From positions 42,452-106,451 of the forward strand of contig JAIBCB010000005.1 of NCBI GenBank assembly GCA_019694355.1: a stretch of DNA of 64,000 bases. The letters run 5' to 3'. The position numbers and the translations under genes are program-made. Below the pieces are notes generated by a model. The model did no database searches and had not been told where the DNA came from. It worked only from the letters and a program-made list of their open reading frames with translations. The DNA is from Pyrinomonadaceae bacterium (GTDB lineage Bacteria; Acidobacteriota; Blastocatellia; Pyrinomonadales; Pyrinomonadaceae). Each line of letters starts with the position of its first letter. Position 1 is the stretch's first letter. Positions 27,590 through 36,819 of the stretch are shown here, in pieces.

Positions 27590-28864
27590 ATGCGAGTCTT
27601 TACTTTATTTATCCTCTTAATTGCTTTCAATGTGCTCTCTCTCGGCCAGACGATGCCGAAAGGCGCCGATCCGGTGCTTTGGCAAAAGGCCCTTCGGATC
27701 CACAAAGCGGCGTTTGTCGTTGACGGTCACAATGATATTACTTCGCCGATGGTCGATGAGGATTTTGATCTTGGTACCGACTCCCGCGGTAAGTATCACA
27801 AGGACGGCGATCCTTTTCACACGGACATTTCGCGCCTTAGAGCGGGCGGGATCACAGGCGAGTTCTTCTCGATCTATGTTTCGGGCTCGACCCTAAAGAC
27901 GGGTGGTGCGATGCGGCGTGCAATGGATCTGATCGACGCAACATACCGCGAGGTCGAGCGTCACCCGAAAGCTCTTTCGATGTGCACGACTGCGGCCGAC
28001 ATCCGAAATGCGAAACGACAGGGCAAGGTCTGCGTATTGATGGGCATCGAGGGTGGCTATGCGATCGAGAATTCGCTGTACGCCCTGCGTGATTTTTATC
28101 GCTTGGGGATTCGCTATATGACGCTGACGCACAATGTTTCACACGATTGGGCAGATGCGCATGGCGACGTGCCGAAGAACAACGGCCTTTCCGAATTTGG
28201 TAAAGAAGTTGTCAGGGAAATGAACCGGCTCGGTATGTTTGTTGATATCTCACACGTTTCCGAGAAGGTGATGAACGACGTTCTTGATGTATCGACCGCT
28301 CCGATCATCGCTTCGCATTCTTCGGCCAGGGCCTTGAACGACCACACTCGAAATGTTTCCGATGCGGTTCTTCGGCGTGTAGCAAAGAATGGCGGCGTCA
28401 TAATGGTGAATTTCTATCCGTCTTTCCTTGATGCCCGCACGAACAAGGAAGAGAACGAGCGAGCAGCGCGTCTCAAGCCCGAGATCGATGCCCTTAAGGC
28501 AAAATTCAAAGATGACCCGGATGGCTTTAACGCGGCTCAGCGAAAGCTTTTTGCCGAGAATCCGATCTACGTTACGCCCTACACGCGTATCGTTGACCAC
28601 ATCGACCATATCCGCGATGTCGCAGGAATCGACCACGTAGGGATCGGCTCTGATTTTGACGGAATTCCTTTCTTGCCCGCCGGAATGAACGGCATTGAAG
28701 ATATGCCGCTTGTTACTTACGAGATGCTGCGTCGCGGATATACCGAAGCGGACATCCGTAAAGTGTTGGGCGGCAACCTCCTTCGTGCAATGACACAGAT
28801 GGAGAAGGTTGCCGGAAAAAGGCAGATCAGCGGCCAAGGCAGTCTCAAGCGGCTAAACAAATAA
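27590..28864 (+). CDS. Membrane (renal-type) dipeptidase, peptidase family M19
   Basis: Signal peptide MRVFTLFILLIAFNVLSLG, VVDGHNDI zinc-binding motif, ...MGIEGG..., ...TLTHN..., ...HVGIGSDFDG. Confidence 0.9.
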   Translation: MRVFTLFILLIAFNVLSLGQTMPKGADPVLWQKALRIHKAAFVVDGHNDITSPMVDEDFDLGTDSRGKYHKDGDPFHTDISRLRAGGITGEFFSIYVSGSTLKTGGAMRRAMDLIDATYREVERHPKALSMCTTAADIRNAKRQGKVCVLMGIEGGYAIENSLYALRDFYRLGIRYMTLTHNVSHDWADAHGDVPKNNGLSEFGKEVVREMNRLGMFVDISHVSEKVMNDVLDVSTAPIIASHSSARALNDHTRNVSDAVLRRVAKNGGVIMVNFYPSFLDARTNKEENERAARLKPEIDALKAKFKDDPDGFNAAQRKLFAENPIYVTPYTRIVDHIDHIRDVAGIDHVGIGSDFDGIPFLPAGMNGIEDMPLVTYEMLRRGYTEADIRKVLGGNLLRAMTQMEKVAGKRQISGQGSLKRLNK

Positions 28865-28889
28865 TAATTTCCAAGATCAACCCATTTTG

Positions 28890-28931
28890 CCGGCCCCCGA
28901 TCTTCAGAACAATAAGGGGGCTGGTTTTTTG
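28890..28931 (+). terminator. Rho-independent terminator after the dipeptidase gene
   Basis: CCGGCCCCC / GGGGGCTGG form a 9-bp stem (one G-U), followed by TTTTTTG. Confidence 0.7.
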
Positions 28932-29121
28932 TTGCAAACTGTGTTATGTTTTGCGACAGCCCCTAATTGCGTTTCTTAATTTTACTTTTGCGGCTGGATC
29001 TAAAGGCGGATCCAGATGGTTTTTCCTGCCGCTGAGGTGGCTCATCCCTTTTTATTTGGATGGCCATATATCCCAATTGTGGTCTTGGCGGCCTCACATC
29101 CAAATGGAGGGATACAAGAAA

Positions 29122-32061
29122 ATGCGACACTTCTCGCTCATTGAAGGCGTAAGGATGCTTTCAAAACCAGGAGCACGGACTCTTACCAGTCTTCTTTTGC
29201 TTATGGCCCTGATCTTGCCGGCCGTTGTTCTAGGCCAGGATCTAAGATCGGCTCCGAGTGATTCCAATCTACCGGATGCAAGCCGGCACGCTCAAAAGCT
29301 CAATGTTAAGGTTGATCCCAATGCGGTCTCTTTTCCGCAGCAGGCAATTGTCTCTGAGCCTTTGGGCGGCAACCCTTGCGAATGGACAGCGGCGGCCGTT
29401 TCGCCGAGCCCGATCCTGGATCAGGCTACGACGGCGATTGGCTCGAATCTTTACACCTTTGCGGGCGTCGGCAGCGGAGCGGTTTTGGCGATCGCTCAGA
29501 AGTTCGATGGAACGGCATGGAGTAGCCTTGCATCCGTACCGGTCGCCCTCGAGTTTCCGTCGGCCGTTTCGGATGGCACGTCTGCATATATCGTCGCCGG
29601 TGTTGACGGAACTGGTACGAGCGTAAACACTCTTTACCGTTACAATCCGGGCACCAACGACTATACGACGCTTGCTCCCGCTCCGACCGCGACATGGAAT
29701 CAGGCGGTCGTGTATCTCAACGGTAAGATCTATAAGATCGGCGGCTACATATCGAGCGGCGGTACCACGAATTCTACGAATGCTCTTGATATCTACGACG
29801 TAACTGCGAACACCTGGTCGAGCGGTGCACCCTATCCGCTTGCTCAGGGTTGGATGTCAGCCTTTACCGATGGCACGTATATTTATGTGGCCGGCGGCGT
29901 TTCGTCCGTATCAGGGTCAGTTCCTTCGACCAAGACCTATCGATACGATCCCGGTACGAACACTTGGGATGATGCGGCGATCGCTGACCTGCCCGTGAGC
30001 CGTTGGGGTTCAGCATCATCGATCATCTCGTATCGCGGCGGCTGGGTGCTCGCCGGCGGCTATGTCGGCGGCACCGCTGCCACAGACCTTTCTGCAGCCA
30101 CGGTCAAATGGGATCCGGTCGCCAATTCCTGGTCGTCCCTGCCTGATATGCTCGCGGCTCGGGCCCGTATGACAGGTGCTGTTATCGGCGATGCCTTTCA
30201 CGTGATCGGCGGACGTTCTTCTGCAGGCGGATTTAACGGCACGAACGACAACCAGCGTTTGTTCTGTATAGACCCGAACCAGCCGTATCTTGTTGGCAGC
30301 GCTGCGTATGTTTCTGATAACGGCACGCCCGCAAATGGCGTTCCGGATCCGGGCGAAACGGTTACCGTTAGCCTTGCGGTCAACAACATTGGCGGCACCG
30401 CGTCCGGAAACGTGTCGGTTACCTTGGCGAACTCGGGCGGGATCACCAATCCGAGCGGCCCGATCAACTACGGCGTGATCGCACCTAATGCTTCGGCAAC
30501 TCAGAATTTCACATTCCAGGTTCCCGGAGACGCAGCGTGCGGAAGCGTGATCACCCTTTCCTTCGACATCGCAGATGGTGCGACGCACTACGCGACGACG
30601 AAGTCCTATAACCTTGGAGTTCTTCAGACGGCGTTCTCCGAGAATTTTGACGGTGTTACGGCGCCGACGCTGCCTTCCGGCTGGGTACAAAACCAGACCT
30701 CGGGCACCGGCATTACTTGGACGACGGTTACGTCCCCGGTAAATTCGGCTCCGAACTCAGCCTTCGCGAACGATCCGGGAGCGGTCAATGCTGCCGCACT
30801 CGAATCACCTGCGTTCAACATCTCGTCTGCGGGTTCGGTCCTTACTTTCAAGAACAACTACAATACCGAGAACACGTACGATGGTGCCGTTCTTGAGATC
30901 AAGATAGGTGCCGGATCGTGGACAGACTTTGTGACCGCTGGCGGATCGTTCAGTGCTGGCGGCTACAACGGAACGATCAGCACCAGCTTTGGAAGTCCGA
31001 TCGGAGGCCGACAGGCTTGGACAGGCAACGCGAACGGTTTCATCACAACGACCGCTACGTTCCCCGCGGCCGCTGTCGGTCAATCCGTACAGCTTCGTTG
31101 GCTGATGGCGTCGGATAGTTCGGTAGCTTCGACCGGTATCAACATCGACGACATCGCGGTCACGAGCGGCTATCTCTGCAACCAGCCCGCCGCCGTGAGG
31201 TCACGTGCTGATTTTGACGGCGACGGCAAATCGGATCTTTCGGTCTTCCGTCCGTCCGAAGGCAATTGGTACCTGGAGCTTACAGGCAACATTCCTTCCG
31301 GCATTTCGAGCCTAAACGTCGTTCATTGGGGAGCTGCGGGCGATTCTCTCGTACCGGGCGACTACGACAACGACGGCAGGACGGACTTTGCGGTCTGGCG
31401 TGCGAACGACACAGAGGGTGCCCCGGATTTCTACATCCTGAACAGCAATGACTTTACCTACAGCGGCATTGCATTCGGCAGGACAGGGGACGTTCCGCTT
31501 GCGGGCGATTATGACGGTGACGGCAAGACCGATGCCGCTATCTTCCGTCCGTCAGAAGGGAACTGGTATCTCTGGAGCTCGCAGGATGGCGGGACGACCG
31601 TTATTCCGTTCGGAAACAGCACAGATATACCGGTTTCGATCGACAACGATGGCGACGGCAAAGCGAATTTGGCCGTGTACCGTCCGTCCGAGGGCAACTG
31701 GTACATCCAGAATGCGACCGGATCCGCCGTCAGTGTCATCCAGTTCGGCACAATGGGCGACCTCCTCGTGCCGGCAGACTATGACGGTGACGATAAGGAC
31801 GACGTGGCTGTCTTCCGTCCGTCCAATGGAACATGGTACATCCTGAATTCCACGGACAGCAGCGTTAGCTACATTCCGTTCGGAACTTCGGGAGATGTCC
31901 CGGTCCCGGCCGACTATGATGGCGACGGAAAGGACGATATCGCTGTCTATCGCGGCGGTACATGGTATACCCTGTTCTCGAACGGCGGCAGCGGAGTGGC
32001 CAACTTCGGCCTTGCGTCCGATCAGCCTATTCCAACCGGATACCTTCCGGCTCAGAATTAG
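29122..32061 (+). CDS. Large secreted protein: six Kelch-like blades, CARDB-like and lectin/LamG-like regions, six FG-GAP/VCBS repeats
   Basis: Kelch-like h-x-h-GG strands occur at ~50-aa spacing (LYTFAGVG, AYIVAGVDG, IYKIGGY, IYVAGGV, WVLAGGY, FHVIGGRS). The C-terminus has D[FY]DGDGK.D.AV[FY]RPS.G.WY six times. The start is ATG 29122 (GGAGGG upstream) or 29155. The 28951 start is unlikely. Confidence 0.8.
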   Translation: MRHFSLIEGVRMLSKPGARTLTSLLLLMALILPAVVLGQDLRSAPSDSNLPDASRHAQKLNVKVDPNAVSFPQQAIVSEPLGGNPCEWTAAAVSPSPILDQATTAIGSNLYTFAGVGSGAVLAIAQKFDGTAWSSLASVPVALEFPSAVSDGTSAYIVAGVDGTGTSVNTLYRYNPGTNDYTTLAPAPTATWNQAVVYLNGKIYKIGGYISSGGTTNSTNALDIYDVTANTWSSGAPYPLAQGWMSAFTDGTYIYVAGGVSSVSGSVPSTKTYRYDPGTNTWDDAAIADLPVSRWGSASSIISYRGGWVLAGGYVGGTAATDLSAATVKWDPVANSWSSLPDMLAARARMTGAVIGDAFHVIGGRSSAGGFNGTNDNQRLFCIDPNQPYLVGSAAYVSDNGTPANGVPDPGETVTVSLAVNNIGGTASGNVSVTLANSGGITNPSGPINYGVIAPNASATQNFTFQVPGDAACGSVITLSFDIADGATHYATTKSYNLGVLQTAFSENFDGVTAPTLPSGWVQNQTSGTGITWTTVTSPVNSAPNSAFANDPGAVNAAALESPAFNISSAGSVLTFKNNYNTENTYDGAVLEIKIGAGSWTDFVTAGGSFSAGGYNGTISTSFGSPIGGRQAWTGNANGFITTTATFPAAAVGQSVQLRWLMASDSSVASTGINIDDIAVTSGYLCNQPAAVRSRADFDGDGKSDLSVFRPSEGNWYLELTGNIPSGISSLNVVHWGAAGDSLVPGDYDNDGRTDFAVWRANDTEGAPDFYILNSNDFTYSGIAFGRTGDVPLAGDYDGDGKTDAAIFRPSEGNWYLWSSQDGGTTVIPFGNSTDIPVSIDNDGDGKANLAVYRPSEGNWYIQNATGSAVSVIQFGTMGDLLVPADYDGDDKDDVAVFRPSNGTWYILNSTDSSVSYIPFGTSGDVPVPADYDGDGKDDIAVYRGGTWYTLFSNGGSGVANFGLASDQPIPTGYLPAQN

Positions 32062-32081
32062 GGTCGATCGGTAAAAACCTT

Positions 32082-32127
32082 AGCTGTTCGGAGCGTGCAA
32101 AGGCGTTCCGAACAGCTTTTTTCTTTT
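32082..32127 (+). terminator. Rho-independent terminator
   Basis: AGCTGTTCGGA (32082-32092) / TCCGAACAGCT (32107-32117) form an 11-bp stem, followed by TTTTTTCTTTT. Confidence 0.75.
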
Positions 32128-32187
32128 GATGCTTCGCGGCTATGCTGCCAATTTGTTTGCCTATTCGGAATGAAAAATGTGCATGCG

Positions 32188-32271
32188 CTTTGATACATTT
32201 TGTGCGGTTTGATACGTTTTGTGCGGAATGTGTCGATTTGTGCGGTTTGATACGTTTTGTGCGGTTTGTGC
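32188..32271. repeat. Four and a half direct 19-bp repeats (TTTGATACGTTTTGTGCGG), iteron-like
   Basis: Units at 32188-32207, 32208-32226, 32227-32245 (diverged) and 32246-32264, plus a partial unit at 32265-32271. The period is not a multiple of 3. Confidence 0.8.
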
Positions 32272-32407
32272 TTCAAACGTGCGCGTCGGTTCGCTATGAT
32301 GACAACACGGTCGAACCGGCCGCTTGGTCTTTGAAAAACTTAGTTCGTGGTTCGTTGTAAATTGCTCATTGTTCTTTGGTCATCGGTCATTGATCTTTGG
32401 TCTTTGC

Positions 32408-32580
32408 GGCTTGCCGCAGCGCAGTGCGGTCGGGCTTGCCCGACCGTCACACGACTTAGGAATATATCGGAGCGTGCGGAGCACGCGACAGAGCGTTTGT
32501 CGGCGGCAAGCCGCCTCCGGGAGTCTGAGGTGGCAATTGACGGTCGGGCAAGCCCGACCGCACTGCCAAGGGGCAAGCCC
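32408..32580. repeat. ~170-bp element with 26-nt terminal inverted repeats (copy A)
   Basis: GCAGTGCGGTCGGGCTTGCCCGACCG (32421-32446) is the exact reverse complement of CGGTCGGGCAAGCCCGACCGCACTGC (32541-32566). There is a central palindrome TGTCGGCGGCAAGCCGCCTCC. Confidence 0.8.
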
Positions 32581-32794
32581 GTGAGGCAAGTGGCCTTCGT
32601 CCTTCGCGTTCTTTGCGTCTCCTTTGCGTTCTTTGCGTTTACGATCTTGTTTGGAAACGCAAAGGCCGCCAAGCTAAATCCACAAAGATCGCGGAGATAC
32701 AGGATTCTGAATCCCAGATTTGAAATTTGAAATGTGAGATTCAAGATTTCAGGCCCTCGCTTGATCAGGGCTGTATTTCAAGTTTTGAAATATG

Positions 32795-32811
32795 ATTCGT
32801 GAATTCGTGGC
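32795..32811. repeat. Solo ATTCGTGAATTCGTGGC motif (same 17-mer as at 5394-5410)
   Basis: It is an exact 17-mer. I saw no partner L motif nearby. Confidence 0.7.
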
Positions 32812-32853
32812 TGCTTTCTTCCGTTGCAAACTTTGTTGCTCGATCGTTTTTGT

Positions 32854-33070
32854 GGCTTGCCGCATTGCAGTGCGGTCGGGGTTCGTGGGTCATAGATCCC
32901 CACGTGTTGCAAAAAACGCCACCGTGCCCGACCGTCACTCGGATTACGAATATTTCGGAGCGTGCGAAGCACGCGACAGAGCGTTTGTCGGCGGCAGGCC
33001 GCCTCCAGAAGGGTCGGTGTACGCTCATCGGTCGGGCAAGCCCTACCGCACTGCCAAGGGGCAAGCCCGG
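32854..33070. repeat. Copy B of the TIR element, with a 46-bp insertion in the left-arm hairpin loop
   Basis: It is collinear with copy A, except that GGTCGGG[46 nt, 32881-32926]CCCGACC interrupts the left arm. The right arm is CGGTCGGGCAAGCCCTACCGCACTGCCAAGGGGCAAGCCCGG. Confidence 0.75.
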
Positions 33071-33254
33071 AAGATGGTCTAGGTCTTGTCGGCGGCGAGC
33101 CGCCTCGAAGAGAACTGAAAGCGGAGAATTGAGAATGGAATATGTGGTTGGAAATTTTTTTGCGAAATTCTGGGACAAATCGCGTAAGTGACTGAGAACA
33201 CAGCACTTATGTGTCCCAGAGGCTGTCCCACGAGCGTCTTGGCTGGGACAAAAG

Positions 33255-33390
33255 ACGGCCATTGGCGGCGGCAAGCCGCCTCCAGGAGTCTGATCTGGCT
33301 AGGGACGGTCGGGCAAGCCAGACCGCACTGCGAAAGGGCATAGCTCGGAAGATGTTCTCAGTCTTGTCGGCGGCAAGCCGCCTCCGAGGT
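33255..33390. repeat. Copy C: right half of the TIR element plus the GTCTTGTCGGCGGCAAGCCGCCTCC tail
   Basis: It starts at the central GGCGGCAAGCCGCCTCC palindrome and runs through CGGTCGGGCAAGCCAGACCGCACTGC. The tail motif also follows copy B (33083-33107). Confidence 0.65.
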
Positions 33391-33466
33391 TGGTTTTGGG
33401 GCACGGTTCCACGGCATAAATGCCGTGGCAATTCGGCGGCGGAGCCCTTACTAACGTGAATACTGC

Positions 33467-33882
33467 CCGCCCGCTGACACAGGCGGTTCTGACAAGACCA
33501 CCCGCTACCGCAGGTGGTACTGACAGGGCCTGGCCGCCCGCGACGTGGGCTTGGGATCTGGCTAACACCGAACGCCCTTACGAACGTGCGGGCTTCGGCA
33601 ACCGAAATACAACAGGCAATTGGCGGGCAAGAGGATCAATTACAGCTGTCAGCTATGAGCTATCAGCTATCAGCGAACACGATGTTTGAAAACCTTACGG
33701 TTGCGGGCTTTTGCAATGCTGACCGCCCGCTGACGCAGGCGGTTCTGACAATACCACCCGCTACCGCAGGTGGTACTGACTGCCCACTGCTGACGGCTCA
33801 CTGGCGACCACCCGCTACCGCAGGTGGTACTGACTGCCCACTGCTGACGGCTCACTGGCGACCGCCCGCTCACGCAGAGGTG
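33467..33882. repeat. Cluster of 27-nt hairpin units (CCRCC-CGCTRMCRCA-GGYGG-TWCTGAC), including a 2 x 54-bp tandem
   Basis: Units at 33467-33493, 33498-33524, 33723-33749, 33754-33780 and 33808-33834, with a degenerate one at 33862-33882. Segments 33754-33807 and 33808-33861 are identical 54-bp repeats. Confidence 0.8.
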
Positions 33883-33893
33883 TCGGCGTTCCG

Positions 33894-36701
33894 TCAAATG
33901 CCGGCTCCGTGGCATTTTTTGAACTTCTTGCCGGAGCCGCAATAGCAGGCGTCGTTCGGTTTCATCTTTGGTGTGTCGCGGACATAGGGCGTGTGTCGAG
34001 CCGCCTCGGCACCGGCGGCGTCGGCGGTCGCCATTGCACCGGTGAATGCCATACCTGCGGCCTGCTTGCGTGCACGCTGCATTTCGAGGCGTTCGAGCCG
34101 CTCGCGTTCCTCCTGTTCATCACGAGTGATGATCTCGAGGTTGAAGAGGGCCTTCGTCGTGTTCGTGTCGATGCGGTCGAGCATATCCTGGAACATATCG
34201 AACGACTGCTTTTTGTACTCCACGAGCGGATCTTTCTGACCGTAGCCGACAAGCCCGATGCCTTGCTTGACGTGATCGATCGAGAGAAGGTGATCCTTCC
34301 ACTGCGAATCGATGATGTTGAGCATAATGTAACGCTCATAGGCACGGAGGCTTTCATCGCCCGCGAGCTTCTCTTTCGCCGCGTAATTGGCGGATGCGGT
34401 CTTCCAGATGGCTTCCTCGATCTGCTGAGGATTCATCGTTTTGAAATCGACACCGCAATCGACCGCGGGATCGACCGCGTAGATGTGCGCGATCTCGGCC
34501 GCGTATGTATCGATGTCCCATTTGTCGGGCGTTGTCTGCATCGAAAGATAGCTCGCGGTGAGATCACCGAGAAGATCGTGTGCGACGCCGGTCTCGCCGA
34601 GCAGATATTCGCGATGTTCAGGTTCGAACATCAACTGCCGACGCAGGCCATAGATGGTCTCACGCTGACGGTTCATAACGTCATCGTACTTGAGGACGTG
34701 TTTGCGTGTTTCGAAGTTGCGGCCTTCGACGGCACCTTGGGCACGCTCGATCTGGCGGGAAACGGTGCGGGACTCGATCGCCATACCCTTTTCCATACCG
34801 AGCCATTCCATCATCGAGCGAACCTTGTCGCCTGCGAAGATACGCATCAGATCGTCCTCCAGCGAAAGGACGAAACGCGAACTTCCGGGATCGCCCTGAC
34901 GTCCTGCACGTCCGCGAAGCTGGTTGTCGATGCGGCGTGATTCGTGACGTTCGGTGCCGAGAATGTGCAGTCCGCCTACTGCCTGGACCTCCTTTGCCTC
35001 TTCGGCAACGACGCGTTTTGCTTTGGCGAGTTCTGCTTCGAATTGCTCCTCGGTCGCCTCGTCGGGATTGATCTCCTGACGTTTCAGATATTCGCGGGCA
35101 AGAAACTCCGGATTGCCGCCGAGCAGAATATCGGTTCCGCGGCCGGCCATGTTCGTCGCGATCGTTACGGCACCTTTTCGGCCCGCTTGAGCGATGATCT
35201 CGGCTTCGCGTTCGTGATACTTCGCATTAAGCACGTTGTGCGGAACCCCGGCGGCCCTTAGCTTACCGGCGATAAGTTCGGAATTTTCGACCGAGACGGT
35301 ACCGACGAGAACGGGCTGGCCTTTCGCGTGCAGTTCCTTGATCTCATCGACGACAGCGTCCCATTTTTCGGGAAGCGTGCGATAGATCACGTCGGCAGTA
35401 TCCTTGCGAACCATCGGACGGTTCGTCGGGATCGCAACGACATCGAGGCCGTAAACTTCGTTGAATTCTTCCGCTTCGGTTTCGGCAGTACCGGTCATGC
35501 CGCCGAGCTTTTCGTACATACGGAAGTAGTTCTGCAAGGTGATCGTCGCGAGCGTCTGATTCTCGCGTTCGATCTTCACGCCTTCTTTTGCTTCGACGGC
35601 CTGGTGCAGTCCATCCGACCAACGCCGTCCCTGCATCAAGCGGCCGGTGAAATCGTCGACGATGATGACCTCGCCTTCCTGCACGACGTAATGATGGTCG
35701 AGCTTGTAGAGCGTATGAGCCTTCAGAGCCTGCTCAACGCAATGGAGCAGGTCCATATTCGACGGATCGTAAAGGTTCGAGACGCCAAGCAGGCGTTCAG
35801 CCTTTGATACGCCCTGCTCGGTGAGAACGGACGAGTGATTCTTTTCATCGAGAAGATAATCGCCGGTCGTAACCTTTGTTTCCTCGTCCTTCTCGCCGCG
35901 TTCAAGCTGCGGGATGATCTGATTCGCCGTATAGTATTTATCGGTCGCCTCGTCGGACGCGCCCGAGATGATCAGCGGCGTACGAGCTTCGTCGATGAGG
36001 ATCGAATCGACCTCGTCAACGATCGCGAAATAATGATCACGCTGGACGAGCGATTCGACATCGAACTTCATATTATCGCGAAGATAATCGAAACCGAACT
36101 CGTTGTTCGTGCCGTACGTGATGTCGCTCGCGTAAGCTTCCTTTCGCTCGATGTCATCGAGGTCGTTCTGAATACAGCCGACGGTCAGTCCGAGGAACTT
36201 GTGAATGCGTCCCATCCATTCGGAGTCGCGAGAGGCGAGGTAGTCGTTGACGGTGACGATGTGGACGCCGCGGCCGGTAAGTGCGTTGAGATATGACGGC
36301 AAGGTCGCAACGAGCGTTTTACCTTCGCCCGTTCGCATCTCAGCGATTCGGCCTTGGTGAAGAGCGATGCCGCCGATCATCTGGACATCGAAATGCCTCA
36401 TTCCCGTAACCCGAACTGAGGCTTCGCGCATGGTTGCGAAAGCTTCCGGCAGGATCTCGTTCAGAACTTCCTGCTCGGCCTTGCGGCGTGCGTCTTTATC
36501 CTCGATGCCTTCGAGCCGCTGTCGGATGAGCTCTTTGAACTTCGGTGTCTGAGCCTTCAGCGTGTCGTCGGACATCGCCTTCATCGTCGGCTCCCAATTC
36601 TCGATCTCCTTGACGGTCGATTGAACTTTCTTCAAGAACACGTCGCTCGACGTGCCGAAGAGCTTCTTTACTAATTTGTCTGCAAACTTATTTGTTGCCA
36701 T
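33894..36701 (-). CDS. secA: Preprotein translocase ATPase SecA
   Basis: MRTGEGKTLVATLP (Walker A), DEVDSILIDEARTPLIISG, TNMAGRGTDI, and the C-terminal zinc-binding tail CYCGSGKKFKKCHG. 935 aa. Confidence 0.97.
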   Translation of the reverse strand: MATNKFADKLVKKLFGTSSDVFLKKVQSTVKEIENWEPTMKAMSDDTLKAQTPKFKELIRQRLEGIEDKDARRKAEQEVLNEILPEAFATMREASVRVTGMRHFDVQMIGGIALHQGRIAEMRTGEGKTLVATLPSYLNALTGRGVHIVTVNDYLASRDSEWMGRIHKFLGLTVGCIQNDLDDIERKEAYASDITYGTNNEFGFDYLRDNMKFDVESLVQRDHYFAIVDEVDSILIDEARTPLIISGASDEATDKYYTANQIIPQLERGEKDEETKVTTGDYLLDEKNHSSVLTEQGVSKAERLLGVSNLYDPSNMDLLHCVEQALKAHTLYKLDHHYVVQEGEVIIVDDFTGRLMQGRRWSDGLHQAVEAKEGVKIERENQTLATITLQNYFRMYEKLGGMTGTAETEAEEFNEVYGLDVVAIPTNRPMVRKDTADVIYRTLPEKWDAVVDEIKELHAKGQPVLVGTVSVENSELIAGKLRAAGVPHNVLNAKYHEREAEIIAQAGRKGAVTIATNMAGRGTDILLGGNPEFLAREYLKRQEINPDEATEEQFEAELAKAKRVVAEEAKEVQAVGGLHILGTERHESRRIDNQLRGRAGRQGDPGSSRFVLSLEDDLMRIFAGDKVRSMMEWLGMEKGMAIESRTVSRQIERAQGAVEGRNFETRKHVLKYDDVMNRQRETIYGLRRQLMFEPEHREYLLGETGVAHDLLGDLTASYLSMQTTPDKWDIDTYAAEIAHIYAVDPAVDCGVDFKTMNPQQIEEAIWKTASANYAAKEKLAGDESLRAYERYIMLNIIDSQWKDHLLSIDHVKQGIGLVGYGQKDPLVEYKKQSFDMFQDMLDRIDTNTTKALFNLEIITRDEQEERERLERLEMQRARKQAAGMAFTGAMATADAAGAEAARHTPYVRDTPKMKPNDACYCGSGKKFKKCHGAGI

Positions 36702-36819
36702 ATCTAGATCCTATAAAAACTATATTCACAGCTCACGTGCGGGCTGCTGACACGGGCTACGGACGTTTTGGCGAGATATGTTTGAACTGAACTCGCCGCT
36801 GCATTGCGTTGTTGGCAAG

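Noticed and set aside
33754-33882. CRISPR-like appearance: 27-nt palindromic repeats alternating with 27-nt 'spacers'.
   Set aside because: The two 'spacers' are identical (TGCCCACTGCTGACGGCTCACTGGCGA), so this is a 54-bp tandem duplication. There are only 2-3 units and no cas genes in the window. The same hairpin unit also occurs dispersed at 33467, 33498, 33723 and 19747.
32058-33945. About fifteen 60-170-aa ORFs on both strands across the 1.8-kb region (for example 32340..32744 -, 32765..33274 -, 33514..33945 +).
   Set aside because: They overlap each other on both strands and translate palindromic or repeated DNA (recurrent GRASPTALPRGKP and PPATAGGTD peptides). They have no start context. 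I treat the region as non-coding repeats.
33909-34940. 343-aa ORF antisense to secA. Similar long antisense or shadow ORFs include 4042..4809 -, 8192..8704 -, 10541..11155 -, 28250..28837 -, 30016..30690 -, 35328..35807 +, 46922..47620 - and 53747..54490 -.
   Set aside because: Each lies fully inside a strongly supported gene on the other strand, and their products have Arg/His-rich low-information composition. These are typical GC-rich shadow ORFs.
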